From Antedon mediterranea (Eukaryota > Animalia > Echinodermata), in assembly GCF_964355755.1 (NCBI RefSeq), contig NC_092677.1, positions 6,594,101-6,658,100 of the forward strand: DNA of 64,000 nucleotides, given 5' to 3'. The notes below the pieces were generated by a model. It made no database searches. It had not been told where the DNA came from and worked only from the letters and a program-made list of their open reading frames with translations. The number at the start of each line of letters is the position of its first letter. The first letter of the stretch is position 1. Below are positions 14,064 to 24,858 of the stretch, piece after piece. Made by a program: the position numbers and the translations under genes.

Positions 14064-15158
14064 ATGTCGTCATCATACAATGGTTCGTTTGAGCCCTGTG
14101 AAGATCTCGATTCGCAACAAATAATTTCCACTATCATCATCGTCATTAGCAGTGTAATAGGTATTGTCCTAAACTTGATTCTCATCGCTGTTGTTCTTTC
14201 TACCGCCTGCCACGGTAGCCCTTCCCGCCAATTTCAAACAGTGATGATACTAAGTATCTCGTTCAGTGATTTGGCTTATTTGATTTGTGCTCCAGTACAC
14301 GATTTAAGTACAACGTTTGGACATAGCATAGTTGGTTCTATTCAAATGTGTCGCACGTTTGCATTTATTTTGATACTGACTCAAGGAGTGTCGTCGCTAA
14401 GCCTACTTCTCCTGAGCTTTGACAGGTACAGAGCAATCTTGAAGCCGATTCAGCACCGTCAGTGGCAGCAGAAGCGTCGCTACGCCCTGGCTACTGTTTT
14501 CATATGGATAACCAGTGTTATCATGACAATACCACAACTTACGATATCACGTATTTATGTAAACAGTCCTTGCGGAGACGGTCTTGAAATCGCGAATTGC
14601 GATCACATAATGTTTGATCAATTTACGAAAGTATACTACACAGTTCAAGTGGTTTTATTCTACGTACTTCCGCTTTGTTTTATAACCTTTTGCTACAGTA
14701 AAATCGCTTACAAACTGCGACAATCGCCTCAGTTTGAAGTAAACGAATCACAAGCTAAAGCGACAAGACAGAGGTGCAAATTATCCGTAGCGCTCATCGT
14801 CATCTCCATCTCGTTCGGTATCTGCTGGTTTCCTTTGATGTTTTCCAAGCTTACAATGCAATATCATTTCGAACAGGTATTCACCAAATTTGACCTAAAC
14901 AAATGGGCGGTGTTTATACAGATTTGTCCAATATTTGTATACTTTAACTGTTCGCTGGATCCAATAATTATATTCACTCTCAGTCGGCAGTACCGCATCG
15001 CTTTTAGGAAACCACTGAGAAGTTGGCAGAAACTGTCCAAAACTTTGTCAATGCAGAGGAAATCGACATATGTTACAGAAACAGTTGTCATGGATACCGT
15101 TCACACTAATTATCCAGAAAAGCGCTCATTGGTTATTAAAATGGAGTCGTTAAAGTAA
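14064..15158 (+). CDS. Class A (rhodopsin-like) GPCR, bombesin/CCHamide/endothelin receptor-like, 364 aa, single coding exon
   Basis: Seven hydrophobic segments. TM2 SDLAYLICAPV, TM3 GVSSLSLLLLSFDRYRAILKP (DRY), TM5 FYVLPL, TM6 ICWFP, TM7 NCSLDPIIIF. These resemble GRPR-type motifs ([37 protein letters not shown]). A splice acceptor ttttag ends at 14019, 44 nt upstream of the gccATG, which implies an upstream UTR exon. Confidence 0.9.
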   Translation: MSSSYNGSFEPCEDLDSQQIISTIIIVISSVIGIVLNLILIAVVLSTACHGSPSRQFQTVMILSISFSDLAYLICAPVHDLSTTFGHSIVGSIQMCRTFAFILILTQGVSSLSLLLLSFDRYRAILKPIQHRQWQQKRRYALATVFIWITSVIMTIPQLTISRIYVNSPCGDGLEIANCDHIMFDQFTKVYYTVQVVLFYVLPLCFITFCYSKIAYKLRQSPQFEVNESQAKATRQRCKLSVALIVISISFGICWFPLMFSKLTMQYHFEQVFTKFDLNKWAVFIQICPIFVYFNCSLDPIIIFTLSRQYRIAFRKPLRSWQKLSKTLSMQRKSTYVTETVVMDTVHTNYPEKRSLVIKMESLK

Positions 15159-17477
15159 TTGTTGTTTTCAGCAAGTGTATTTAGTGCCATTTACAGATAT
15201 CGTAAAGAATCAATTTTAACATGAAATGTTATAGAAAAGCGTAGAAACGTGTTATATTAGCGCTTGAGAAGAGAACAATTCCCTTTAAACTTGTCTGACA
15301 AGTGCATCAGCTGCATTAGATAAAACGAAAACCAGATAGACCCGCAGACTATAAGCTTCAAAATGCTTCCATTTAGATATAACTATAGTGAACTGTATCT
15401 GTTACGGCAAAAGTTATTAGCAAAAAGCAACATTTTCCTTGGAGAAAAAGTAAATGTGTTAACAGTTTCCGATCACTTTGTAAACTAACAGTTTTAAACA
15501 TAAATACAATTTAGTGATTTGTACGCTGTAAGAAGGTTCTTCAATACACTAGCCACGTTCACATAAGATTTTATCGTGCTTTCGTATCGTGATATAGAAT
15601 AGGAAGAGCGTTCACATAGAAGTTAACATCGTGATATAAGTATGCTAATGTGGTGCACTATTAACGATGCTGTCTACGTGGAATTTGTCGGTATAAAAAG
15701 ACCTATAGGTTTACACAGTTTTCTCACACGTTAACAAGCGGATTACTCTGACAAGTTACTGAGAAGTTAGAAATTGTTGCATGGATGTCTCCCAAAGATA
15801 GTCTTACCGAGTTACAACCCTTTCACACGATACTTTGTCGATGTAAAGTAAATCGCCGTTTAAGAATAAAAAAAAAAATCCTTTTAGAAAGATACTCGCA
15901 TATGCGCAGATGCCGATATGTTAATTAAGTCTATGTAATCTTTATACAGGCCTCGCTGTGACCTGTACATATCAACGATTATGTTCTGAAATGTTTACAT
16001 CGTAAAACGCTTTCACACATTTTTACTAAAGTAATAATGTATTACATAATGTTACATTTTTTACGTGTGAATCGAGTATTAGCTTACCTTAATAGTAGCG
16101 TGAGGGGCCGTTCTTGATGTTTAGTTATTTACCCACTAATTTGCTAATAATTTCGGTGTGCTCATAAAACCAACTAACCCTGGTAAATAACTACGCATAG
16201 ATAGGCAGACCCAATGATGTAAATGGTGTAAATATTTATTTATCATAATAGATTGTTTATTTGTGAGCGAAGGTGACGACTCAATATTTAAAATATATTA
16301 GACTTGTACTTATTACCGTGATTCCTCCAGGACCCAATAATAATAACCAATTTAGCGAATACTGTCTTTATAATTAGTAACGTAAATTATTTCTCAGATG
16401 TGAAAATAATTTCCTCTACGTCTTACTGTAACCGGAATTAGGATCTGCGACGTGTCTCACACACTAGACTTGCCCCACGTCTATATTTATTATCTTTTTT
16501 ATGTTAGACAACCAGTCGTTTCGATAATTGTCTGAAAAAAAATGTATGTATTTTACGTATGAAACGCCATGTGTGCCAAAATATTTATCTTTACTAATTT
16601 CGGTCTGAAACCTAGATTACTCATACATCCTGTATGAACGCTACAGCTTGGTTACCACTAGAACGCAACGCAGCGACTTATCGACGCAAAGTGCTGTATT
16701 GCGTAATTAGTGGGAACCGACGCAATAGTGCTGCCAACATCGCAGGCGGGGGCAAATACAATTATTAGAAGGGCATTTGCTTACGTTGCGTAGATTGCGT
16801 TACGTTGCGTTGCAAATGGGAACCACGCTTACGTTTCAACTCATTCATGATTATGTATAAAACGTAAGACGACAGCCTCGAGTTTACTCTGGCCACCAAA
16901 TCCCAGTGGCAACATAGCAGTGAGTAACAGTGAGTTGAAAAAAACTGATACAAACATTCGTTAAAAAAATATTTGTGAAAAAAAGAATCGTTATTCACTC
17001 ATTCCTGATTATGTTTTAAAACGTAAGTGTGCTCGTAAGGCAACCAATTACTGTGGAAACGTGGCTTCAACGTGCTTACGATTGTAATTAACTTGTTTGA
17101 AAACAATGATGAAACAGACAAGTTTGAAATGATTTATTCACCGTTTTAATATATTTTGTATTCTTACTACTTTGTCAAATTACATATAATAATTGAGATA
17201 GACTGTTATTTATGAGGTTTCACTACTATATGGTAATCATCGAGGTATATTTCTATATGAATTAATGATGTTATTTATTATATATTTTTAAAATAGTATG
17301 TAATGGAATGGACGTGATGATTTAAATGGTAGCTCCGGGAATACAATTTCTCTTATAAAATACAAACTATTTCTACAAGATTGATGATATACCACTTATT
17401 TTTTAATATAACGGTTGTTCTGCTTCACCACTGACACAAAATAAGCGGGATATCGTCAATGTTACTGCAATATAAAT

Positions 17478-18520
17478 GTTAAACTACCCTTTAAGCTTGG
17501 TTCCGGGACACAACGTCGTGATTGGTTGAATTGCTTGTGTTGCGCGTTAAACTCGGAGCTACTCTTTAAGCTTGGTTCCCACTAGGACATAACGTCGTGA
17601 TTGGTCGAATTGCTTGTGTTGCGCGTTAAACTCGGAGCTACTCTTTAAGCTTGGTTCCCACTAGGATATAACGTCGTGATTGGTCGAATTGCTTGTGTTG
17701 CGCGTTAAACTCGGAGCTACCCTTTAAACTTGGTTCCCACTAGGACACAACGTCGTTATTGGTCGAATTGCTTGTGTTTCGCGTTAAACTCGGAGCTACC
17801 CTTTAAGCTTGGTTCCCACAAGGACACAACGTCGTGATTGGTTGAATTGCTTGTGTTGCGCGTTAAACTCGGAGCTACTCTTTAAGCTTGGTTCCCACTA
17901 GGACATAACGTCGTGATTGGTCGAATTGCTTGTGTTGCGCGTTAAACTCGGAGCTACTCTTTAAGCTTGGTTCCCACTAGGATATAACGTCGTGATTGGT
18001 CGAATTGCTTGTGTTGCGCGTTAAACTCGGAGCTACCCTTTAAACTTGGTTCCCACTAGGACACAACGTCGTTATTGGTCGAATTGCTTGTGTTTCGCGT
18101 TAAACTCGGAGCTACCCTTTAAGCTTGGTTCCCACAAGGACACAACGTCGTGATTGGTTGAATTGCTTGTGTTGCGCGTTAAACTCGGAGCTACTCTTTA
18201 AGCTTGGTTCCCACTAGGACATAACGTCGTGATTGGTCGAATTGCTTGTGTTGCGCGTTAAACTCGGAGCTACTCTTTAAGCTTGGTTCCCACTAGGATA
18301 TAACGTCGTGATTGGTCGAATTGCTTGTGTTGCGCGTTAAACTCGGAGCTACCCTTTAAACTTGGTTTCCACTAGGACACAACTTCGTGATTGGTCGAAT
18401 TGTTTGTGTTGCGCGTTAAACTCGGAAAACGGTAAGCTTGGTTCCCAATAGGACACAATGTCGTGATTGGTCGAATTGCTTGTGTTGCGCGTTAAAAGCA
18501 GAAAATGGTAAGCGTGGTTC
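17478..18520 (+). repeat. 79-bp tandem satellite, about 13 units, derived from a MITE end
   Basis: Unit starts at 17568, 17647, 17726, 17805, 17884, 17963, 18042, 18121, 18200, 18279 and 18358 (exact 79 spacing). Each unit begins with the MITE terminus aagcttggttcccactag. Confidence 0.95.
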
Positions 18521-18575
18521 CCACAGTCGAGGCAAGGCAAAATAGTTTACCAATCGCAAGCGAAAGTTCAAATAA

Positions 18576-20788
18576 AGGCTGGTTTCCTGTCGACGTAAGA
18601 AGTCGAATTTTGCAACGATTCTTGCGTTTCATACGTTTCTTACGTCTCTTACGAAAGTTGAGAAAAAATTGACGTCGTTGACGTTAGTCAAGATCGTGTC
18701 GGGCCGCAGAGAAACATCTGTAGTTATGCTGCTCCCGAAAGTTGAAATTTTGGCTGTGAAACACACGTCGTATGCTTACGTCGATTTTAGTGTTGTTACG
18801 AAAGTTGAAAATTTTTTTCTTATGTCGGTCGGATTTATGACGTATTTGAAACAACATCTCTGATTGGTGTTTCTTTTTAGAGCGGGTTTATCATTTTTCG
18901 CGCAAAATGTTGAATGTTGTTATTGTAGCCTACCTGTCAGTGCAGCACACCAACATGTTATATTTTCAGTAGATAAGCTAGGCCCTACTAGTATTAGTAA
19001 AATACTTAATTAATACTGTACGGTACCGTACTAATAGGAATTGATTTGACCAAATAATCAAACTAGCCTAGGCTAGTAGGCCTATGTATTATTTGTATGA
19101 ATCAAAATATGAATTAATTATCCTGGCCCTCTAGGCCTAGCCTTAAATAGTTTTCAAAATTAAAAAAAGGCAAATCATTTCGAGATTCCTATTATTATTA
19201 GACCTACCTAGGCCCTAAACTAGGCATTGGCCTATTGGCCTATAAGCATATCTAATCGAGCATGAGATAGTAGGCCTACTACCGCAGTAAGATACCCATT
19301 ATTTACAGGCCTATAATCTATATATAAATTTACGTAAGGGCAAAATTCGGTAAATCGCGCTTTACTTCTAGAATTTTTACTCGATGGTATATAAAGTTGG
19401 TTCGTACTTTCGGTACTGATTTTAACCACCTGATGTAACCCTGTTTACTAATTAAATTAAGTTAGATAATTAGTTATTGACGATTAAAACGAATTTAGGT
19501 TCAACGATTTGCCCCAAATAGGGGTGTTTTCCGATCGTGGTATACACTGTCTAATAATGGATGTCCATCTTGAAAAATACCCGCCACAAAAATGCGAGGA
19601 GGCTTCGCATTTTCCTATCTCCTCCTACGATAATTGTTTTTAATAGCTGAAAACCGGTTGAACAGCTAGAGTACAGCATCATAATGTTGAAGACAGGCCG
19701 ATTTTCTTTAAAAAATACTATTTTGATTTAATATACGATTATACAAATGTATTGATTTGCGATGAATGGAACATCCCAATCTCTCAGTCTGCCAGAGTTT
19801 GGTTTAACACAAGTAGGTAAATTTATGAGCCCTTGGTTTAACACATACGGTAGGTAAATATATGGGCCCTTTGAGAATAAACTTGAACAATACTGTAAAT
19901 ACATAATTACCTATTTTTGGTCCTCATTTGAATCGAAAATTTCTTACTGTGAATGTTCGTACTGTTGATGTAATATAAAAATATATACAAATAAACTTAT
20001 TACTGAGATTGTGGATAGGCTCTACTGTTAGATATATAAACACATTATTATATAAAAATAAACTATACTGACAGTTCCTTCTCAACGTTTGTATTAATTA
20101 ATAATTACCAAAAATATAAACGTCGTAGTGGTGTATCGTGACTATATTTCAATCGATTATGACAGTGACAGTTTTAACAAAGTATTAAATCGCAAATGTT
20201 TTACTGTATTTAGAGGTATATTAATTATAGGCCTATAAAACATGAAAAAAATATTTCGTTACTGAGTGCATAAAGAATATATTTAAAAATTGTTCCTCTT
20301 TGCACCTATCCGCTTTCCCATCCCTCAACCCTAAAACTCCCTGATTAGAACATGATTAGGCTAAAATTATAGTAGTAAATACATACAAATGTTATTGTCC
20401 GGCTTTATTTCACTATAAGGACATACACATTACGTCATAACTCTTGTCGCTCATTGGTTGCTTGTTACGATTGCGCTTACGTCTCTTGCGAAAGTTGACT
20501 TCAAGTCAACTTTCGTAAGAGACGTAAGAAACGTGACGCAAGGGCGTTCATTCAAGCGTAAGATAAAAAATCCCGGTTTCCTGTAAAATCGGAAGAAAAC
20601 GTCGTAACGCAACAATTGTTAGGTCATCGGTTTCCTGTAAAATCGTTTGTCGTTACCATTTTTCTTACGTTGCGTCGATTTTATAAATTTTCGATCGTAA
20701 TCGGTTTCCTGTAAAATCCGCATTTCTTACGACAAATCGACGTAGTCGCAACAAAAGTGATGTTCTTACGTCGACAGGAAACCAGCCT
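18576..20788. mobile_element. Non-autonomous TIR transposon, PIF/Harbinger-like
   Basis: TIRs aggctggtttcctgtcgacgtaaga / tcttacgtcgacaggaaaccagcct with a TAA duplication (18573-18575, 20789-20791). Subterminal ggtttcctgtaaaatc repeats lie near the right end. Confidence 0.8.
19317..20334 (+). mobile_element. Non-autonomous Helitron, copy 2, 3'-truncated
   Basis: Starts A|TCTATATATAAATTTACGTAAGGGC and is the reverse complement of copy 1 without the LINE. It lacks the last ~280 bp, including the hairpin and CTAG. Confidence 0.85.
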
Positions 20789-21104
20789 TAATCCGTCGCT
20801 TGTAGTCATCATTTGAGTTTCGCTTACGTCCCTTGCGTTGCGTCCTAGTGTAAACCGAGCATTCTTATCGTATAAATAATTCAGAAAAATAATGCATCAT
20901 CTGTATTTTTATTGCGGAAGGTGATATTTCCTATTTCCGATTTATTAATGATTAATTTTACAATCTTTAACACATTTGTACACTATTGTAATTTTAATGT
21001 AAATACGACAAGGATGACGTGACGACGATGCACGCTAAAAAAATCCCTTTACGAATACATGCTTAAATCAGTGCATTATGACGACGTATAAGACAGTAAA
21101 ATAA

Positions 21105-21284
21105 AGGCCAATTTACACAGACGAGCGGTAACGGTAAGCGGGAAACCGCGTAGCTTTTCCCACGTAGAAACTATAATATATCCTGAATGCGTTTCCGCTC
21201 CGCGTTTTGTGTAAATATCAGAAGAAATAAAATAGTATATATTGTTTCCACTTACCGTTACCGCTCGTCTGTTTAAATTGGCCT
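21105..21284. mobile_element. 180-bp MITE, Harbinger-like
   Basis: ~35-bp TIRs aggccaatttacacagacgagcggtaacggtaag / cttaccgttaccgctcgtctgtttaaattggcct, with TAA on both sides. Confidence 0.85.
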
Positions 21285-21709
21285 TAATGACGAGAATATG
21301 AAATTAATTTGTTTTCATGTAGTTCACTGTCGAGGAAACTTATATAACTTTCAGTTTATAAAAGAGCCAGGGCACATATTTAGATACCACTATAATTTTA
21401 GTTTAACATAGTTTTGCGTTTGCTTTGCTATAGGCATATTAATTATCTGATATTCGAATGCATATCAGTTTATTCTGTTGAGATACTTATTTTCACTAAT
21501 GATATTTGTGGTGTAAAATTGACACAATTTGTTTTTAGAATATTATTTAAATAAGCATCGTCATGATTAATAGTAGATGTATTATAATATAGTTGGTTAT
21601 AATTATATTATATTTAATTAAGTTTCTCTTTTGTATATTTTGATTAAGACAGGACCACAATGTAAAACAGATACACTGTTATCTGATTGTTTTATCCTGT
21701 ATAAATATA

Positions 21710-21712
<3 letters not shown>

Positions 21713-21793
<81 letters not shown>

Positions 21794-21827
21794 TATTAGT
21801 GTTATTATTATTATTATTATTTATTAT
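21713..21827 (+). repeat. (TTA)n microsatellite, probably a retroposon tail
   Basis: Interrupted (tta)n run directly after gacaggaccacaatgtaaaacag...tatcctgtataaat. Confidence 0.9.
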
Positions 21828-22497
21828 AAGCAGCAGAGAAGAGTGTTCTTTCTTCCTTGATTATAAGTATAGATTCTGCATGTTGCATACTCTGCCGGCA
21901 GGTATTTAAATACTATACATGTGTATTGATGGTTGTAATGTTAATTGTTGCTATTATTACTGGACTCCTACGATATCTACAAAATATATCTCAAATGTTG
22001 ATAGTATAACATCGTCATCGTCGTAGAGTATATACTAGATTGTGGATTGCTACTCTTTGACCTCATGTAAAGTAATGCACTTCTCTCAGGTTTGTTATAC
22101 GTTTATTTATTGATTGATAGGCCTGCAAATAGTGGTTATTTCTATCACAGTAATGCTAGCTACGTTGCAGACGCAACAAGATTATGCATGCTTTAGTCAA
22201 TAACCGGTTTTATTTCATTCATCATGTAGTAGTAATAACAATAATAATGGTAGTCTTATATAGCGCCTAATACAATGTTTCTAAGCGCTTTACACACAAA
22301 ATGATCCATAAAATATCCTAAGATAACCAACATTTCATTTACACCGTTCCGTTCTCTAGCACTTCGAAGCTCCCGCGTGAGAGCTCACCGAATCAGTATT
22401 CACGAAAGGCATCTGTCTATCGTATCCTACCAAAATAAGAACAAATATGTTGTCTAATATTGTTACGGGTAAATGAATGTAGTGTAATTATTATATA

Positions 22498-23940
22498 CTA
22501 GATGGTACGCTCGCTTCGCTCGCGTACCATCTAGGTCGTGCCCACAGATGGTTCTCGAATACATAATAATTTCAGCGTTAAAAAACTGGCGATTTCAAAT
22601 GTACGTACCGCAGGACAATAATACATGTCGTTTACAGGAACGAATAAATAGACACTGTGATTTATTTACTCAACTAAAATTAGCACCCTATTACTTCCGA
22701 AAGAGAAACTTGTCACAAAATAAGACCAATTGTTTAAGTCAAATTTAAACAAACTTAATTTGTGTTTTGTATGTAACATTAGGGTTGAGGGATGGGGAAG
22801 AGGATGGGTGCAAAGAGGAACAATGTTAAAATATATTCTTTATCCATTTAGTAACGAAATATTAATTGCTTTCATGTTTTACAAATAATATACCACTAAA
22901 CACAGTAAAACATTGCGATGTAATACTTTGTTAAAACTATCACCGTCCTAGTCGATTGAAATAGTACAGCACATGTAACGATACATCACCACGACGTGTA
23001 TATGTTTATAATATAATGTAAAACAATTTGTGAAAACCACCTCTATTCGGGGAAAATCATAAATTCGATTTAATCGTCAATAAATATTAAATTATCTAAT
23101 TCAACTTAATTAGTAGGCCTAATGGTTTTCAATTGTTTCTTAGAGCCAATTCATACTTAAGTTGGTTCCTACCCTACCCACCAAAGTTGTTCTGCGTTTA
23201 AGGCATGTGATGTACCGTAGGCCTATTCTCTACTGGTTTTACAACGCTACTCATGCCAGTGAGGGAAAGGTGATGATGTGGGTGGTTTAACTGCAATAAT
23301 AAAGATTTGTACATAATATACGGCGAGTGAAAACGCTAGCTCATTATCCGTTTAAAAAAAAATTATATCCAACCTCTGCAGCACAGATTAAAAACAAAAA
23401 TGGATCGAATTTCGAGTATACAGTACTGTACTTGCCTTTACGACGCCTGAGGGAATAGACACTTGTGAAACAGAGATTGGAATGTTCCATTCATCGCAAA
23501 TCAATACATTTGTATAATCGTATATTAAATCTATCAAAATAGTATTTTTTAAAGAAAATCGGCCTGTCTTCAACATTATGATGATGTACTCTAGCTGTTC
23601 AACCAGTTTTCAGCTATTAAAAACAATTATCGTAGGAGGAGATAGGAAAATGCGAAGCCTCCTCGTATTTTTGTGGCGGGTATTTTTCAAGATGGACATC
23701 CATTAGACAGTGTATACCACGATCGGAAAACACCCCTATTTGGGGCAAATCGTTGAACCTAAATTCGTTTTAATCGTCAATAACTAATTACCTAACTCAA
23801 TTTAATTAGTAAACAGGGTTACATCAGATGGTTAAAATAAGTACCGAAAGTATGAACCAACTTTATATACCATCGAGTAAAAATTCTAGAAATAAACCGA
23901 GATTTACCGAATTTTGCCCTTACGTAAATTTATATATAGA
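22498..23940 (-). mobile_element. Non-autonomous Helitron, copy 3, both termini intact
   Basis: Same 5' TCTATATATA and 3' hairpin-CTAG termini, inserted between A and T. The central ~450 bp differs from copies 1 and 2. Confidence 0.85.
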
Positions 23941-24747
23941 TACATTTTTATTTTTATTTTAAATATTAAGAATTTTATGTTTCGAACTTAAAAAAAATGG
24001 TATCTAGTTTTGAATTAGTTTGATTGAAATATTTAACAATAAACTTCATTTAGATCGTATGTTGGTATTTGACCACAGTAAGCCTACTGGGCTTAAATCT
24101 TTTTATGGAATGTACAACACTAGTTGCATGCAGCATTCTATACAAGCTGTCTCACTTTTGCATATTAAAATGTCAAGATGTAGTAAAATCAGTTAGACCG
24201 GTCCCCTTGCATAACACTAATTGGCTACCTATCATGTTGTAGATTCGTTAACATAAATAAATTGCTGCTGTGGTATAAGATCGTTTAGTTTATTTTATTG
24301 TATACAATTACAATGTTACTGTACTTGAAACAGCACACTCTAAATGTTATTCTTGTCAAAGACAGGAGTAAAAATGTGAAAAGCCAACATCGTTGGCAGT
24401 ACTCTAATGTAATTTCATTTTTTATTATTTTTTTTTTACACTTTAAAGTCTGTGGGACAATTTCATTACAAAGGTTCATCCTGGATGTTACTCCACCAAT
24501 ACAAACCCTACGTTTACCCGGGTACAACCATATTGTATGTTTGTTTGTTTTATTGGTTTCACCACACATTTTAAAATAAAAGAAAACAATAACAAGTTGC
24601 AAAAAGAAAATTACAAAAAAATGTGAAACCACAGGTTCGCCTAACGTTCACATATGTTCATACATAAGGTTATTTTTTTACAACCAAGTAGGCCTACTCT
24701 CTTAAAACGTTTTCCGACATTACGCTTTCCACGATTTGTTTCCATAG

Positions 24748-24858
24748 TTTTAGTCGCGTGCAACTTGACTCTAGCTCACTATGTCGGTCGGTCGGTCGGT
24801 AAACACTAACTTGAGCATGCGACTGCAGCCATGTATATTATATTGTATATGGCCTTGA
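24748..24858 (+). mobile_element. Helentron-associated short element (HINE/DINE-1-like)
   Basis: T-run, subterminal IR agtcgcgtg...catgcgact, (GTCG)n microsatellite and a 3' gcca...tggc hairpin followed by T. Related copies at ~1594-1680, ~2085-2188, ~7404-7480 and ~30638-30720. Confidence 0.7.

Noticed and set aside
14864-15091. Antisense ORF within the GPCR (likewise the overlapping ORFs at 40886-41374 and 45362-45547)
   Set aside because: Shadow frames of real coding exons with no independent support.
17478-18520. CRISPR-like regular array
   Set aside because: The whole 79-bp unit repeats with no unique spacers, there are no cas genes, and the context is eukaryotic. It is a satellite.
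20331-20334. CTAA as an alternative natural 3' end of Helitron copy 2
   Set aside because: No preceding hairpin, and it is followed by A rather than T. Deletion or abortive insertion is more parsimonious.
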